63,902 nt of DNA, filler included, from Basidiobolus ranarum (GCA_040143965.1; 48 parts of 48 records of this genome joined end to end with filler, not necessarily neighbours in it), one strand, 5' to 3'. Positions 10,703-23,963 are shown, numbered from the whole stretch's first letter. Notes: generated by a model not told the origin, from the sequence alone. Made by a program: numbers and translations.

Positions 10703-11441
10703 CAGGTGTTGGATCAACTTCTGCATTTAGCACTCTTCCAACCACTGTACCCAGTTCCATGATGAAATTAAGCTTTTTTGCCAGTATATCTGACTCTGGA
10801 AATGCAGATCTTTGTAATGGTGTGAAGAATTTGGTAAGTGTTACAGTAAAGCCTAATCTCCCTGGCTCCTTTGCTTTCCTAGGGTTTACTAACTTTCTAC
10901 TCCTTGAGTACTTCTTTAGCTGCTTTTCTTTCTTTTCCAAGTCAATAATTCCATACATTTTTGAGATGTTTCATAAATAGGCCTATACTAGTCCAATTAC
11001 CATTTGCTTGCAAAAACCCAGGATAAGCCACATGAATCAAGTCAAGAACCATCAGAGTAGTGCCTGATTTTTGGTTTTTCCACAATTGACTCAAATCCAG
11101 GCAATTTCAGGTTAGATTCCGCACAGTTTCCAAAATGTTAAACCACTCATCATCAGAACAAGTGAAGGCAGCTCTGATGTTCAGAGTCTTTTGGTTTGCT
11201 GGTTTTTCTATGAGATTTCTACTTTTGTGTGCCCAAGCAATTTTGGGTTTTTGTGTAGGCTTAATGGTCCAACACCTATTCTGCTCTGCTTGATTGTCAT
11301 GGTGACAATTGTTTGTATGGTGTGGAATTGATTGAAATCCCATATGAGAATGGATGGAGGGAGCAGCATGTTGCTGTAGCTCAAGTACAGCATTTTGAAG
11401 ATCTTGTATCATTATCAAGTGACTCTCTAACTGTTGACTAG
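10703..11441 (-). mobile_element. CMC element ORF2 fragment, target of a nested insertion
   Basis: Homology to other ORF2 copies ends abruptly at 11441. Confidence 0.85.
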
Positions 11442-11939
11442 CCCTAACAGAGATTTGAGGATTGTTATTGTAGGAAAACTGTCTCAATTTTAATCCATTT
11501 GGGATTCACCATTTACTTAATGTCATAAAATCATCAAGTTATATTTGACTTTAAACAATTTTTTCAGTTTCCGGAGTGAAATTTCAAGATCTTGCAAATT
11601 AGTTGTGCATGATTGGCTAAAATCTCACAGAACTATGGATCAACACATGTGTGAAAAACATAACTCAAATTTTACACAATTACCACTTGAACACTAATTT
11701 GTCACCTTCAAAATCCCTAGTCTCTTTGATATATTCTTCTGAATATTTTAATGGAGTTCTTTATACCCAAGGTTTAGCTCATACCCAACACAAGTTTGTA
11801 TCAACATCTCCATCAAAGCCCACCATCATATTAATGTTGCTGAATCAACATTCTTCCAGCTATCTGGTGGATACCCTGCAATATTGTGCCACTCTGTATT
11901 AAGTTCTTCCCAGATATCTGCATGGTCAACACCAGACTG
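11442..11939. mobile_element. CMC element left end (TIR CCCTAACAGAGAT) and ORF2 3' end
   Basis: Same start as 43451 and as the reverse complement ending at 56902. Confidence 0.88.
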
Positions 11940-12835
11940 NNNNNNNNNNNNNNNNNNNNNNNNNNNNNNNNNNNNNNNNNNNNTTAATTAATTAANNNNN
12001 NNNNNNNNNNNNNNNNNNNNNNNNNNNNNNNNNNNNNNNATAGTGCCATATTGTTCCTTATAGTGTCTGATTGCGCGTGATAGGACCCAGCCATGGTTAT
12101 TGACAGATTGCACCAGATGGTGTGCTAGCAGGCTGGATCAAGTGGCACAATCTGACCTGGTCCAATGGAACAAGTCTGTTAAACCAGTATGTCTCTCTAG
12201 TAGCATGCTCCTTGGAGCTGACTCTTCTCCAGATGTAAAAAGCCCACTGGTTGGTTTGATTGAATCAGGTAAATTGCATGCTATGATGTGTGAGAATGCA
12301 GGCGTCCTCTTTCTGGTTCTTCATCAACAGCTTGCTCTTCACCAAAAATGGGGGAAACAACACAGACTCTTCCAAGCTGGCATTGCGGTCAATGTGTACT
12401 ACTAGCTGATGAACCAACTTGTTGGGCTCTTGCCATTGTTGGAGATGTTACCTCAATTCTAGTTTTTGAGTTGTGTAGACTCTTCTTGTGAAGTAAATAC
12501 CTTGTCAGGAGTCTCTTTGATTTGGAGTAATCTAGTACATCTCTGCAATGGTTTAGACTGCTCCAATTTGAGTGATCTAGTATGTCTGTGCAACAGTCTG
12601 GACTGCTCTAATTTGCCTTTGGGAACATCCCATAATTAAATAAATTGTCTTGCTTTTCTCTTTACATCTCTGTAGATTACTCTAGCCATAGTGTCCCTAA
12701 ACAATGTTTGAACTCTGCAACCTTCATCAACAGTTGCTGCAAAGTCTCATTGAGTAGTGATAGATATCAATTAGAAGATGCTTTATCTCTAATGTTGAGG
12801 CTGCCATCGTTGTTACTGGTCTATACAAGCCAAAA

Positions 12836-13276
12836 ATGCTATTGATATTGTGTCTTTGCGGACTCAAAATCACAATTCCTATTTCTCAGTTCATGCTTTC
12901 TCTCCTCATGAGTCTTTTTGTATATTTTCTTATAAACTTCTGTAGGCATGAAGATATAGTATTCTCTCCAAAGCAGAGTCAAAAGCTGCTTCCACTTTGG
13001 TTTAATGCCCCCTTCCCCAGCTTCTGTCAAGTTTATCAATAAATCCCATATATCCAAGCAAGAATTCACAGTGGATACCTGACATCTGTACAATCATTAG
13101 ATGTCCACTGCTTTGTGACACCCACATCTTCATTGAACTGCATGCATGAAATTTTGGAAGTGATGGTTTCCTGTACCAAAGTAGGTTGTGAATGAGGAAG
13201 AATCTGTTTTGACATGATACATAACTATCATATATATCTATGGTGTTAGACTTTATTGGTTTCAATCAGAAGTAGG
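12836..13276 (-). mobile_element. Possible degenerate non-LTR (LINE) ORF2 C-terminus
   Basis: CpG-depleted, broken frames with RFFLIHNLLW..C..HL..C..IW..LWRE, resembling the C-terminal Zn region of LINE ORF2. Weak. Confidence 0.3.
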
Positions 13277-13376
13277 NNNNNNNNNNNNNNNNNNNNNNNN
13301 NNNNNNNNNNNNNNNNNNNNTTAATTAATTAANNNNNNNNNNNNNNNNNNNNNNNNNNNNNNNNNNNNNNNNNNNN

Positions 13377-14028
13377 GCATGTTAATATACTCTGGAGTCT
13401 CCTTAACCCATCACATTACATCCATCACTGATTTTGCTGATACATGGTTAATCAGATTAGCATACAGTAAGACTGACAATTTCACATAAAGCATCATTTC
13501 ACCACAGGTGCACTACTTTGGGAACTCCCAGAAAGTATAGCATGGGCCTAAAATCTCTAACCAATGTGAAAGATGCAGCAGGGGATGTATTGTATACCAG
13601 CATAGATGAAGTCTATTTTATTTAAACCTGTGTGAAAGTTTCACATATGCAATCAAAAAATCATTCCATATTTGCTGTATCTGTCTGATATCTGCCAATG
13701 TGAGTTCAAGCCATAAGAATAAATTAACAATATCCACAAACAACTCCCAATGTTGCCAATACTTATCAGGCAGAAATCTTTTCCAAATTCTACTTGAATA
13801 TATACATATCCAATATTTCCAGTCTTTGCATTTGAATAAACACCTAGATTAGTGCTGTTGATGGGAGTCCTGGAAAAATATGATGGTATCTTGATGTTTT
13901 CAAGCATTTTCCCAATTGATTCAAACTTTGAACCTATCCTGAATGGTTCATGTATATTGAATTTTCCTCTTTATAGCTGAGTAAGTAGTATTGCAATGTT
14001 GTTGAATAGAAAGTGTATAGTGCTTAAT
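13377..14028 (-). mobile_element. CMC transposase fragment, target of a nested insertion
   Basis: Homologous to 3395-3915 and 15016-15150. Confidence 0.88.
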
Positions 14029-14613
14029 CCCTAACAAAAATAAAATCAATTTGATCTGGATTGGTTCCACCTTTCTAAATCACAAACCATTAGAGAACCG
14101 TCACAATATTGGTGACTTGCATTCTGGCAGGGATTATGATGGCGTCATGACAGTTTCTCAACAGTATTACAATGGTATTCATACATGTTAAATATTGATC
14201 CACATATTTGGCAGGCATTATTAATTTGTGGCAATTTTTGCAAATTATAATTTTTGAATGGCAAATTTCTGGGTTTACTGTTGTAGGTATTGAAATTAAT
14301 ATGCATGCCTTTATTTAGATATTTCAGGTTTTGTATTCAAGCCATGATGAGAATCAAAGAATACAAGAATCTCATTGTTTTTAGTCTCTAAATATGCACA
14401 TACTTGCCTGATTAGACATAACTCAACAACATCAATATGCATAACCAGCAAACTAATGGTGGAAAAATTGCTTAACAACTGAAATTTTGAATAGCACTTA
14501 GACTTGGCAAATAGCTGAATCTGGTTACTGATCATAATGAGAATAAGCTTTTGGATTTTGGCAAATTTCCGTAAAGAATTCAGCCAATATATGATCTATA
14601 CTTGGGTAAGTTC
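14029..14613 (-). mobile_element. CMC element right end (TIR CCCTAACAAAAAT) and transposase C-terminus
   Basis: Same start as 48224 and 53092. Confidence 0.88.
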
Positions 14614-14713
14614 NNNNNNNNNNNNNNNNNNNNNNNNNNNNNNNNNNNNNNNNNNNNTTAATTAATTAANNNNNNNNNNNNNNNNNNNNNNNNNNNNNNN
14701 NNNNNNNNNNNNN

Positions 14714-15841
14714 GGATTTGTATATATTAAAGTTGAATTTTGAAAAGATTTCTGCCTGATAAATATTGGCAACATTGGGAGTTGTTTGTGGATATTGTTA
14801 ATATATTTTTATGGCATCAACTCACATTGGCAGATCTCAGGCAGATACAGCAACTGTGCAAAGTTCTTGTAATTGGATATGAAAAACTTTATTACAGGTT
14901 TAGAGAAGATAGACTGAATCTATGCTAGTGTTCAATACATTCCCTGCTGCATCTTTCACAATGCTTAGAGATTATAGGCCCTTGCTATATTTTCTGGGAA
15001 TTCCCAATGAAGTGCACCTGTGGTGAAATGATGCTCTGCGTGAAATTGTCAGTATTACCATATGCTAATCTGATTAACAATGTATTAGCAAAATCAGTGA
15101 TGGATGTAATGCAATGGATTATGGAGGCTCCAGAGTCTATTAATCTGCCAACAAAGGGCTCTTTTCAATGTGCCCACAAGTTTTTACATTTTTTGAGCAC
15201 AATAACAGCAACAAAGCCCATCCATGGACACAGAGTAAATACCTCTATAATTAGACTTATTTGCTTGTGTGATAATCTCATTGTATTTTTGGGATAGCTG
15301 CAAGACAGACTTCTTGGTGTGTTAGATCTAGATATGCAGTATTAATGTTTTAGCCATGGGTTAATCTATTCAAGAAATGACACATCTACTTTTGGCAGGA
15401 CATTTGTTGACTGCAAGTTGGGGATATATTGGCTGAATTCTTTATGGAAATTTGCCAAAATCCAAGAGCTTATTCTAATTGTAAATGGCAACAAGTATCA
15501 GCTATTTGCCAAGTGTCAGTGCTATTCAAAATTTCAGATGTTCAGAAATTTTTCCACCATTAGTTTGCTGGTAAAGCATATTGATGTTGTTGAGTTATGT
15601 CTAAAAGTCAAGTATGTGAATATGTAGAGGCAAAACACAACCAGATTCTTGTATTTCTTGATTCTCATTATGGCTGGAATACAAAGCCTAAAATATCTAA
15701 ATAAAGGCATGCATATTATATCAAATTCCTACAGCAGTAAACCCAGTAATTTGCCATTCAAAAATTATTTTATTGCAAAAGTAGCTGGATATTGAATAAT
15801 GCATGCCAAATTTGAGGATCAATATTTTAACATGTATGAAT
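14714..15841 (+). mobile_element. CMC transposase C-terminal half, decayed
   Basis: YWQHWELFV..YEKLYYRF..IHSLLHL..GPC..WEFPM. Confidence 0.9.
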
Positions 15842-16049
15842 AGCTTCAAAATACCCCAATGGAACCATTTTTAGCCTTAGTTTTAATGATAGCATAATCA
15901 ATTAGTGAAGATGAAGAGTTAAAGTTGAAATTACCTCCAATTTGATAAGNNNNNNNNNNNNNNNNNNNNNNNNNNNNNNNNNNNNNNNNNNNNTTAATTA
16001 ATTAANNNNNNNNNNNNNNNNNNNNNNNNNNNNNNNNNNNNNNNNNNNN

Positions 16050-17285
16050 TTGTACATCCTTGTAGTGTGACACTACTGTTGGTGCTTTGCAGTGTTTGTG
16101 TTGCTCTTTGCTTGCCTTTAAGTTTGGGGCTAATTTCAACACTTTGAAAAGTACCAGTTGAGGTTGGAGAGCCATGAGTTTTATGTGCTGGTGTTTTGGC
16201 TTGTTGAGAGGTGCCAGGTGTTGTAAATACTTCCAAATTTAGTACTCTTCCTACTGGTGTGCCTGGTTCCATGGTGAAAATAAGCTTTTTAGCCTGTATA
16301 TGAGACTCTGGAATTGCAGAGCTTTGTAATGGTGTGAAGAATTTGGTAAGTGGGACAGTAAAGCCTAAACTCACTGGCTCCTTTGCTTTTCCCTTGAGTT
16401 TACTAACTTCCTGCTCCATCAGTACTTCTTTAGCTGCTTTTCTTTCTTTTCCAAGTTGATATTTGCATACACTTTTGAAATAATTAATTAATAGGCCTAT
16501 GCTAGCCCTGTTGCCATTTGGTAGCAAAAACCCAGGATAAGCCACATGAAATAAGTCAAGAACCTTCAGAGTAATGCCTTGTTTTTGGTTTTTCTATAAT
16601 TGGCTCAAATCCAGATGAGATTGGGCAAGATTCCACACAGTTTCCAAAATATTAAACCACTCATAATCAGAGCAAGTGACAGCAGCTCTGACAATCAGAG
16701 TCTTTTCATTTGCCAGTTTTCCCATGAGATTTCTACATTCATGTGCCCAAACAATTTGGGTTGTTGTGTGGGCTTAATGGTCCAAAACATATTCCGCTCT
16801 GCTAGATTGTCACGGTGACATTCATATGTATGGTGTGGGGTTGATTGAAATCCCATATGAGAATAGACAGAGGGAGCAGCATGTTGCTGTAGCTCAAGTA
16901 CAGCATTCTGAAGGTCTTGTATCATTGTTGAGTGACTCTCTAACTGTTGACTAGTTGCTTCTGAGTGCTGCATTATTTGCAATATTGCAGCATTATTGCT
17001 TGTCATGGCCTGTATAGCAACTTCATAGCTTTTACTTATGATTGCATACAAATCATTATGATGTGTTGCCTGCAATTCCATTGTTGTAATAATTCTATCC
17101 AAATTTCTATGGAGGGTGGTTCAATAGGGGGCAAAGTAGCCATTTTGGAAGTTGATGGTCTTGACAGTGTTTTGATTGAACTTTGCTCAACTATTGATTT
17201 ACTACATTATTGGGGAATTACAATCTCTTCACTTGCACTTTTGCTGGAAAGGAACAAATGTGGTAAATTGATCAATGCTACATCA
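16050..17285 (-). mobile_element. CMC element ORF2, central part
   Basis: MIQDLQNAVLELQQH and NGNRASIGL; multi-copy. Confidence 0.85.
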
Positions 17286-17385
17286 NNNNNNNNNNNNNNN
17301 NNNNNNNNNNNNNNNNNNNNNNNNNNNNNTTAATTAATTAANNNNNNNNNNNNNNNNNNNNNNNNNNNNNNNNNNNNNNNNNNNN

Positions 17386-18621
17386 TTTGGCTCTCACCAG
17401 TGATATGAAAAATCTAAAATTATGTACTGTTTGCACAACATTGGCAATCACTGAATCTGGTAAATATTGTTCATATTTGGCTTACAAACTGTTGATTCCC
17501 CATCTTAAAGTTTTGATGAAATCACCCAAATATAGATCATTGATCCAACACCAAAGTACTCACCATAAAGCTGATAGTATTACCAAAATATTTGATATGA
17601 TATCACTACCAGAATCTGAAAAGCCAAGGTTTCTTTAAGAACACATATGATCCTGTGTTTGCATTGGCTCTGGATGGTTTCTCACTAAACATAGATACCG
17701 TTGGAAAGGCTTGCTGGCCAATAATTTGAATCAACTTAAATCTTCCTCCTTCTAAATGGTATAAGAGTAATAATATTTTGATACTGTCCATCATATCTAG
17801 ACCTAAATCACCAGTGCTTATGGATAGCATCTTAGAGCCTTTGATTGTGGAATTTGAACAGTTATCTAATAGGGTTCAGATGGGTGAATAATTTATTAAA
17901 GCTAATATCATTGTATATATTGGTGACACTCCTGCCATCAGTAAACTTGGAGGTTTTTGCAGGCACAATGCACTATCTTGCTGTGGATTTTGTCAAATCA
18001 ATGGAGTTTACTCTAATAGGCATACACATTACTACTTTCCAAATACAGCACTAATCATGGTGATTGTACCATCAAGAGCCTGGTCAGATTTCAACATGGT
18101 CATTGATATCAATTCACCAAATAGTCAGTCTAACCTCAAACTTGGTATTAGCCATAAGCCTAAGATTATATTGCTAAAGGGGATCAGCTGGATCCAGAGC
18201 TTCCCAATAGGCACTATACACTTACTATTCAATAACATTCCAATACTACTTACTCAGCTATGTAGTGGAAAATTCAATATGAATCAGCCATTTGAGATAG
18301 GATCAAAGTTTAAATTTATTGGGAAAATGCTTGAAAACATCAAGAAACCATCATATTTTACCAGGACTCCCATCAATATCCACTCATCTAGGCATTTATT
18401 CAAATGCAAAGACTGGAAGTATTGGATTTGCATATATTCAAGAAGAATTTTGAAAAGATTTCCGCCTGATAAGTATTGGCAACATGGGAGTTGTTTGTGG
18501 TTATTGTTAATATATTCTTACAGCATCAACTCACATTGGCAGATCTCAGGCAGATACAGCATCTGTGCAAAGAATTTGTAATTGAATATGAAAAACTTTA
18601 TTAGAGGTTTCAAGAAGATAG
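17386..18621 (+). mobile_element. CMC transposase core, decayed
   Basis: ALDGF, GDTPAISKLGGFCRHN and KCKDWKYW motifs. Confidence 0.9.
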
Positions 18622-18721
18622 NNNNNNNNNNNNNNNNNNNNNNNNNNNNNNNNNNNNNNNNNNNNTTAATTAATTAANNNNNNNNNNNNNNNNNNNNNNN
18701 NNNNNNNNNNNNNNNNNNNNN

Positions 18722-19957
18722 TGCCTAAGTCCTTGAACAGTTTCCTTAACCACATAGCCTCCTTTGTTGTATGTGATGCTGCCATGTACTCTGCTTCAGT
18801 TGTTGAAAGTGCTATAGTGGGTTGTTTCTTGCTATTCTAAGATATGGCTGCTTCACTGTAGAGAAAGGTATATCCAGTGATAGATCTTCTGTCCTCAATA
18901 TCACGTCCCCAATCTGCATCACTAAACCCAATTAGATCCTTGTTCTTATAAAAACATGTGTATTTTATTCCCAGATCAATTGTCCCCTTCAAATAGCTGA
19001 AAATCTGCTTAACTGCTGCATAATGCTCAAATCCTGGGTTTTGCACATATTGGCTGACTACTCCAACTGCAAAAGAGATATCTGGCCGGGTTCCAGTCAT
19101 AGCATAGATCAAACTGCCTACCATAGATTGATAAGGGAACTCAGGGCCTTCCAATGATGTATTTGGAGCCATATTTGGCCAATTTTCATCATTTTGGATG
19201 GGATTTTTGACAAGTTTCACACCTGGATCCATGGGAGTTGCTACTGGCTTAAAATTCTCCATCCTGTAACGTCTGAGGATATCTGAGATGTATTTAGATT
19301 GATTCAGAGTGATAGATTTACTCAATAGATCTGTATGGAAGTGCTGACCTAAAGAATATGTAAGTTTACCTAAATTGGTCATCTTGAATGGGACTGATAG
19401 ATCTCTTTTGGTGTTCCTGAGAGCTTCATCATTACTGGTAGCTATAATCAGACCATCTACATTTAAGGCAGGTACCACATTACTGTCCTTATCTGTCTTA
19501 AAGTAGATCCCAAAATCCACCGTACCCTTTTGGAAATCAAGTGATTCCAAGTAAGTATCTATCTTAGTGTACCAGGCCCTGGGTGATTGTTTAAGTCCAT
19601 ATAGTGATTTTTGTAGCTTAAGCACATCCTCAGGGTGCTCAGGATTCACAAAACCATCTGGTTGATCCATGAATATATCTTCTTCCAAGTCCCCATTCAA
19701 AAAAGGAGTTTTGACATCTATTTGATGGAGTTTTAAGCTGTGTTTTGCCACCACTGCTAGTATGGTTCTGTTGGAATTCAACTTTGCTACAGGAGCAAAA
19801 GTTTCATTGTAGTCCACTCATTCCATTTGAAAGTATCCTTGAGCCACAAGTCTGGCTTTATATCTCTCTACAGATCCATCAGCTTGCTGCTTAACTTTAA
19901 ACACCCATATGCATGCAATTGATTTTTGGTTATCAGCTAACTTACCCAAAGTCCAAG
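18722..19957 (-). mobile_element. Ty1/Copia reverse transcriptase-RNase H
   Basis: YNETFAPVAK, QIDVKTPFLNG, KSLYGLKQSPRAW, degenerate YVDD (NVDG), TRPDISFAV, FSDADWG. Confidence 0.95.
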
Positions 19958-20057
19958 NNNNNNNNNNNNNNNNNNNNNNNNNNNNNNNNNNNNNNNNNNN
20001 NTTAATTAATTAANNNNNNNNNNNNNNNNNNNNNNNNNNNNNNNNNNNNNNNNNNNN

Positions 20058-21293
20058 TTATACTCCACAGCAAAATGCAGTTGCAGAACATGCTAACAGG
20101 ACCATAGTGGAGATGGCAAGATCAATGTTACATGATCAAAAGTCAGATTACCCATTTTGAGCTGAATTGGTCTCCACTGCAGTGTATATCAAAAACAGAT
20201 GCCCAACAAAATCACTACAAAGTTCTACTCCATATGAAGCCCTATATAGATCAAAAACAAGTGTGAATCATCTCAGGATCTTTAGTTGCGCAGCATATTG
20301 CCTAATACCAGCCAAAAACTCTCAAAATTGGAACCCAAAAGCAGAAAATTTATATATCTTGGTTACTTTGATGGTTCCAAGGCCTACAGACTGTTTGATA
20401 TCAAAAATCAGAAGTTAATTAAGTGCGGAGATGTGATTTTTGATGAAAAGCAAAACTTTCACATCAAATCACAGTTCTTGATCCAGAAAACACAAACAGC
20501 TCTTTTCAGGAAGTGTCTGACAAAATTCCATCTGTTTCTGAGCCCTATTTACCAAAATTTCAGTCCCAATTACATCAAAGGTTGATTCAGGACCCAGAAG
20601 ATCATCCAGAAGGAGAAATAAGGCAGGAAACTGGTGGAACACTTCCAATGATGACGTATATGCTTATTGACCATTCTATGACAAGCCACAGACTCTAGAT
20701 CAAGTATGGAGTGTCTAGAATCAAAATTATGGGAAAAAGCAATGTCAGATGAGTTTTCTTCACTTCATGGCAATAAAATGCAATTTTTAAGTCCTCTTCC
20801 ATCAGGGAGAAAGCCAATAGGTTGCAAATGGGTCTACAAAGTCAAAAACCAAGCTGATGGAACCATAGAAAGGTACAAAGCAAGATTGTTTGCCAAAGGC
20901 TATTCCCAGATTCCAGGAGTTGTTTTAGTGAAACTTTTGCTCCAGTAGCTAAGTTTAGCTCCATTAGATCAATCCTGGCACTCTCAGCCATCCAAAACCT
21001 TGATCTACATCAAATGGATGTAAAAACAGCCTTTCTGAATGGAAATCTAGAAGAAGAGTTCTATATGGAGCAACCAGATGGATTTATTGACCGAAAACAT
21101 GGTGGAACACTTCCAATGTTGAGATATATACTTATAGATCATTCTATGACAAGCCACAGACTTTAGATCACACTTTGGAGTATCTAGAATCAAAATTATG
21201 GGAAAAAGCAATATCAGATGAGTTTTTTTCACTTCATGACAATAAAATGCAATTTTTAAGTCCTCTTCCATCAGGGAGAAAGACAATAGGTTG
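20058..21293 (+). mobile_element. Ty1/Copia integrase end and RT start, with an internal duplication
   Basis: TPQQNAVAE, KLEPKSRKFIYLGY, IGCKWVYKVK, RYKARL. Confidence 0.93.
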
Positions 21294-21393
21294 NNNNNNN
21301 NNNNNNNNNNNNNNNNNNNNNNNNNNNNNNNNNNNNNTTAATTAATTAANNNNNNNNNNNNNNNNNNNNNNNNNNNNNNNNNNNNNNNNNNNN

Positions 21394-22070
21394 TGGCTCA
21401 AAGTAAATACTAAAAATGTCACTGGGTATTGTTCCCTGTGCGAAAAGAGTGTCAACGACGGTAGGAATAATGGATGAACTATCAGGTGATAATGTTCCAA
21501 GAGTCAAATCAGCTGGCCCTAAGCCTAATACACCATCAAATCCACTGAACCCTTGCGACTTAGAGGCAACTCCTATGGATTGCTTTTGAAGTACCAAATT
21601 TTGACCGATTGTCACCGTATCAGTGAACTCGGTTCCAGAGAATGAACCGCTATCATAACTAACCGAAACCGAGTTCGAGGTCTTGACAGAGGTACTTGTG
21701 GGAACGTAGGCTTTACCAGCGCCGATCCACGTATTAGCGGAGTTGGTGTCAATTAACACTTCATAGGACGTGGGAGGACTTCCAATGCCGATAGAAGTAG
21801 TATACTATTCAGATAAAGGAGGGATTAGTTTTAATTCAAACTTGTTTAAGCAAGACAATTGCTTACATGAGTGAGCATATTTGTAGCCGGGATATTTTCT
21901 ACTGCTCTAGGATTCAACCTTCTCCTATGATGGGTGTCGGGGACATAGACAATGGAGCGACGAATTGGTAGAGTATAAACACCATTACTGGAACAACCAT
22001 GAGGAATGACGACTCCAATCGTAGGATGAACAAGAGCCAAGGCTAAGACCAGGGCGATTAACTTTGCCAT
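21394..22070 (-). CDS. Secreted A1 aspartic protease, polyporopepsin-like (5' part; intron 21805-21866)
   Basis: Signal peptide MAKLIALVLALAL; GTAAGC..AG intron; YTTSIGIGSPPTSYEVLIDTNSANTWIG, FDGVLGLGP. Confidence 0.92.
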
Positions 22071-22728
22071 GACTATTGGGATAGTGTCGTAACGACTTTT
22101 GGAGAAAAGCTTTGACTTAAATACTTTAGAGGGCATCGGGGGTAGGAGTTCTCTCCTGCAGAGTCTACGGTATATAGAATCCCCTACAATTTAACCAGAA
22201 AGATTTTCCCTCATTCCAAATGTGCTGGGAGCCGACGAAGATGCATATATTGTCTGGGAGTAATTTCTGCAGCCCAAATAATCGGAGCCATAAAATAACC
22301 AAGACTGCACCAGAATCATTATATTGGAGGCAATCCCAAGTTTTTGCCAACTAACATGTCAATCAGCCGTGTATGGAGATAAGTGTGCATCCGCATCTTG
22401 GTCCCTAAATTACTAGTAGACCATTCATTTGAGCACACTCAGATAAAAAATGTTTGTCACGATTGATTGGTACTAAATCTAAGGATATGCCTATACTAGC
22501 ATTCTTGCATTGAAATTCTCTTAAATTCCCCTGCCTGTATTCACACCTGGGGAATTTTAAGCGATGAGTTGATCTACAATAATTACTGATAATTCAGCCT
22601 TGAATCAGGCCTCAAGCTCATCTAGCAANNNNNNNNNNNNNNNNNNNNNNNNNNNNNNNNNNNNNNNNNNNNTTAATTAATTAANNNNNNNNNNNNNNNN
22701 NNNNNNNNNNNNNNNNNNNNNNNNNNNN

Positions 22729-22838
22729 CACCAAAATGTATAAATGCTTAATTTCTGGTCAATAAATAATTATCTCACAAAGCTATTCACAACTCCACTT
22801 TTCTAAAGTTCCTCCAAACAGCCCATATTTTCACAATA
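22729..22838 (+). repeat. LTR family A, 3' end
   Basis: Aligns with 180-290; ends CAATA. Confidence 0.85.
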
Positions 22839-23963
22839 GCATATTCTTCCAAAGTAAGTGACATGTTGTACTCTATACTAAATTGAATTCCATGAAGTAC
22901 TCTTCCTTTCAGATAGTGTATTATCTGTTTCACAGCTATCCAATGTTCCATTGCAGGATTTTCCATATATTTGCTTACTATGCTTATTGCTGTAGCAATA
23001 TCAGGTCTATTACCAGTTGTTACATATATGAGAACTCTGACTGCACTATGGAAAGATTTATATTACATGATTTCAATATCTTCAGAGGTTTTTGGTTCCA
23101 TATCCTTAAACAGTTTCAACATACAAAGTGGATTTGAAGCTGTTTTACATTCTGACATATTGAATCTGTTTCAAACATCTCCGATATACTTTTTTTATGT
23201 AATACAGAGTGTTTCAATAGTGAAATTTTGATGTATGAGCATTCCAAGACAATATGCTAGCAATCCAAGATCTTGCATTTCAAACTTGGTAGATAGCTAG
23301 GTCTTAGTTTGTTTCATCAGATTTGGGCAATTACTAACTGTTATGATATCATCAATATAGAGAGCAATATTCACTTTGGTGGCTTTGATAGTCTTAAAGT
23401 ATATGCAGTCATCAGCTTTGCTATGATGGAAAAGTGGTCTCATGAAGATCTGATTGTGTTTGGTATTCCATGGATGAGGAGACTGTTTCAGACCATATAG
23501 ACTTCTCCATAGTTTGTATATTTGTTGTTCTTTATCTTATCAGTTTTTCCATTAAGAAATGCTATCTTGACATCCTTTTGTTCAATCATCATTCCTTGGT
23601 GGGTGTGAATGGCTAGGATTACTCTGATTGAGGTAAACTTAGCAATGGAAGAAAATGTTTCATCATAGTCAATGGCGTGTTTCTGAGCATAGCCATTTAT
23701 TACTAATTTTGCTTTGTACTTGTTGATAGATCTATCTGAGTTAAGTTGCAGTTTCTGCACCGATCAATCATCAAGAGTTTTTCCTCCTGTAGGTAAGTCC
23801 ACATGGATCCATGTGTTATTCTTGGTAAGGGAGTGAATTTCATAATCAGTGGCTTTTCTCCATTCTGTTGCTTCATCAGATTTGAGAGCTTGTGTCAAAT
23901 TTTCTGGTTCAGAAAATGCTATATGTGCAGATATATTCCACCCTTTTTCTGAATTGAAACTGT
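22839..23963 (-). mobile_element. Ty1/Copia RT fragment, decayed
   Basis: YKAKLV..GYAQ..IDYDETFS..DVKIAFLNG. Confidence 0.9.

Noticed and set aside
11107-11487. ORF starting MRQFSYNNNPQISVRA as a novel fusion gene
   Set aside because: Read-through from a nested TIR into a broken ORF2.
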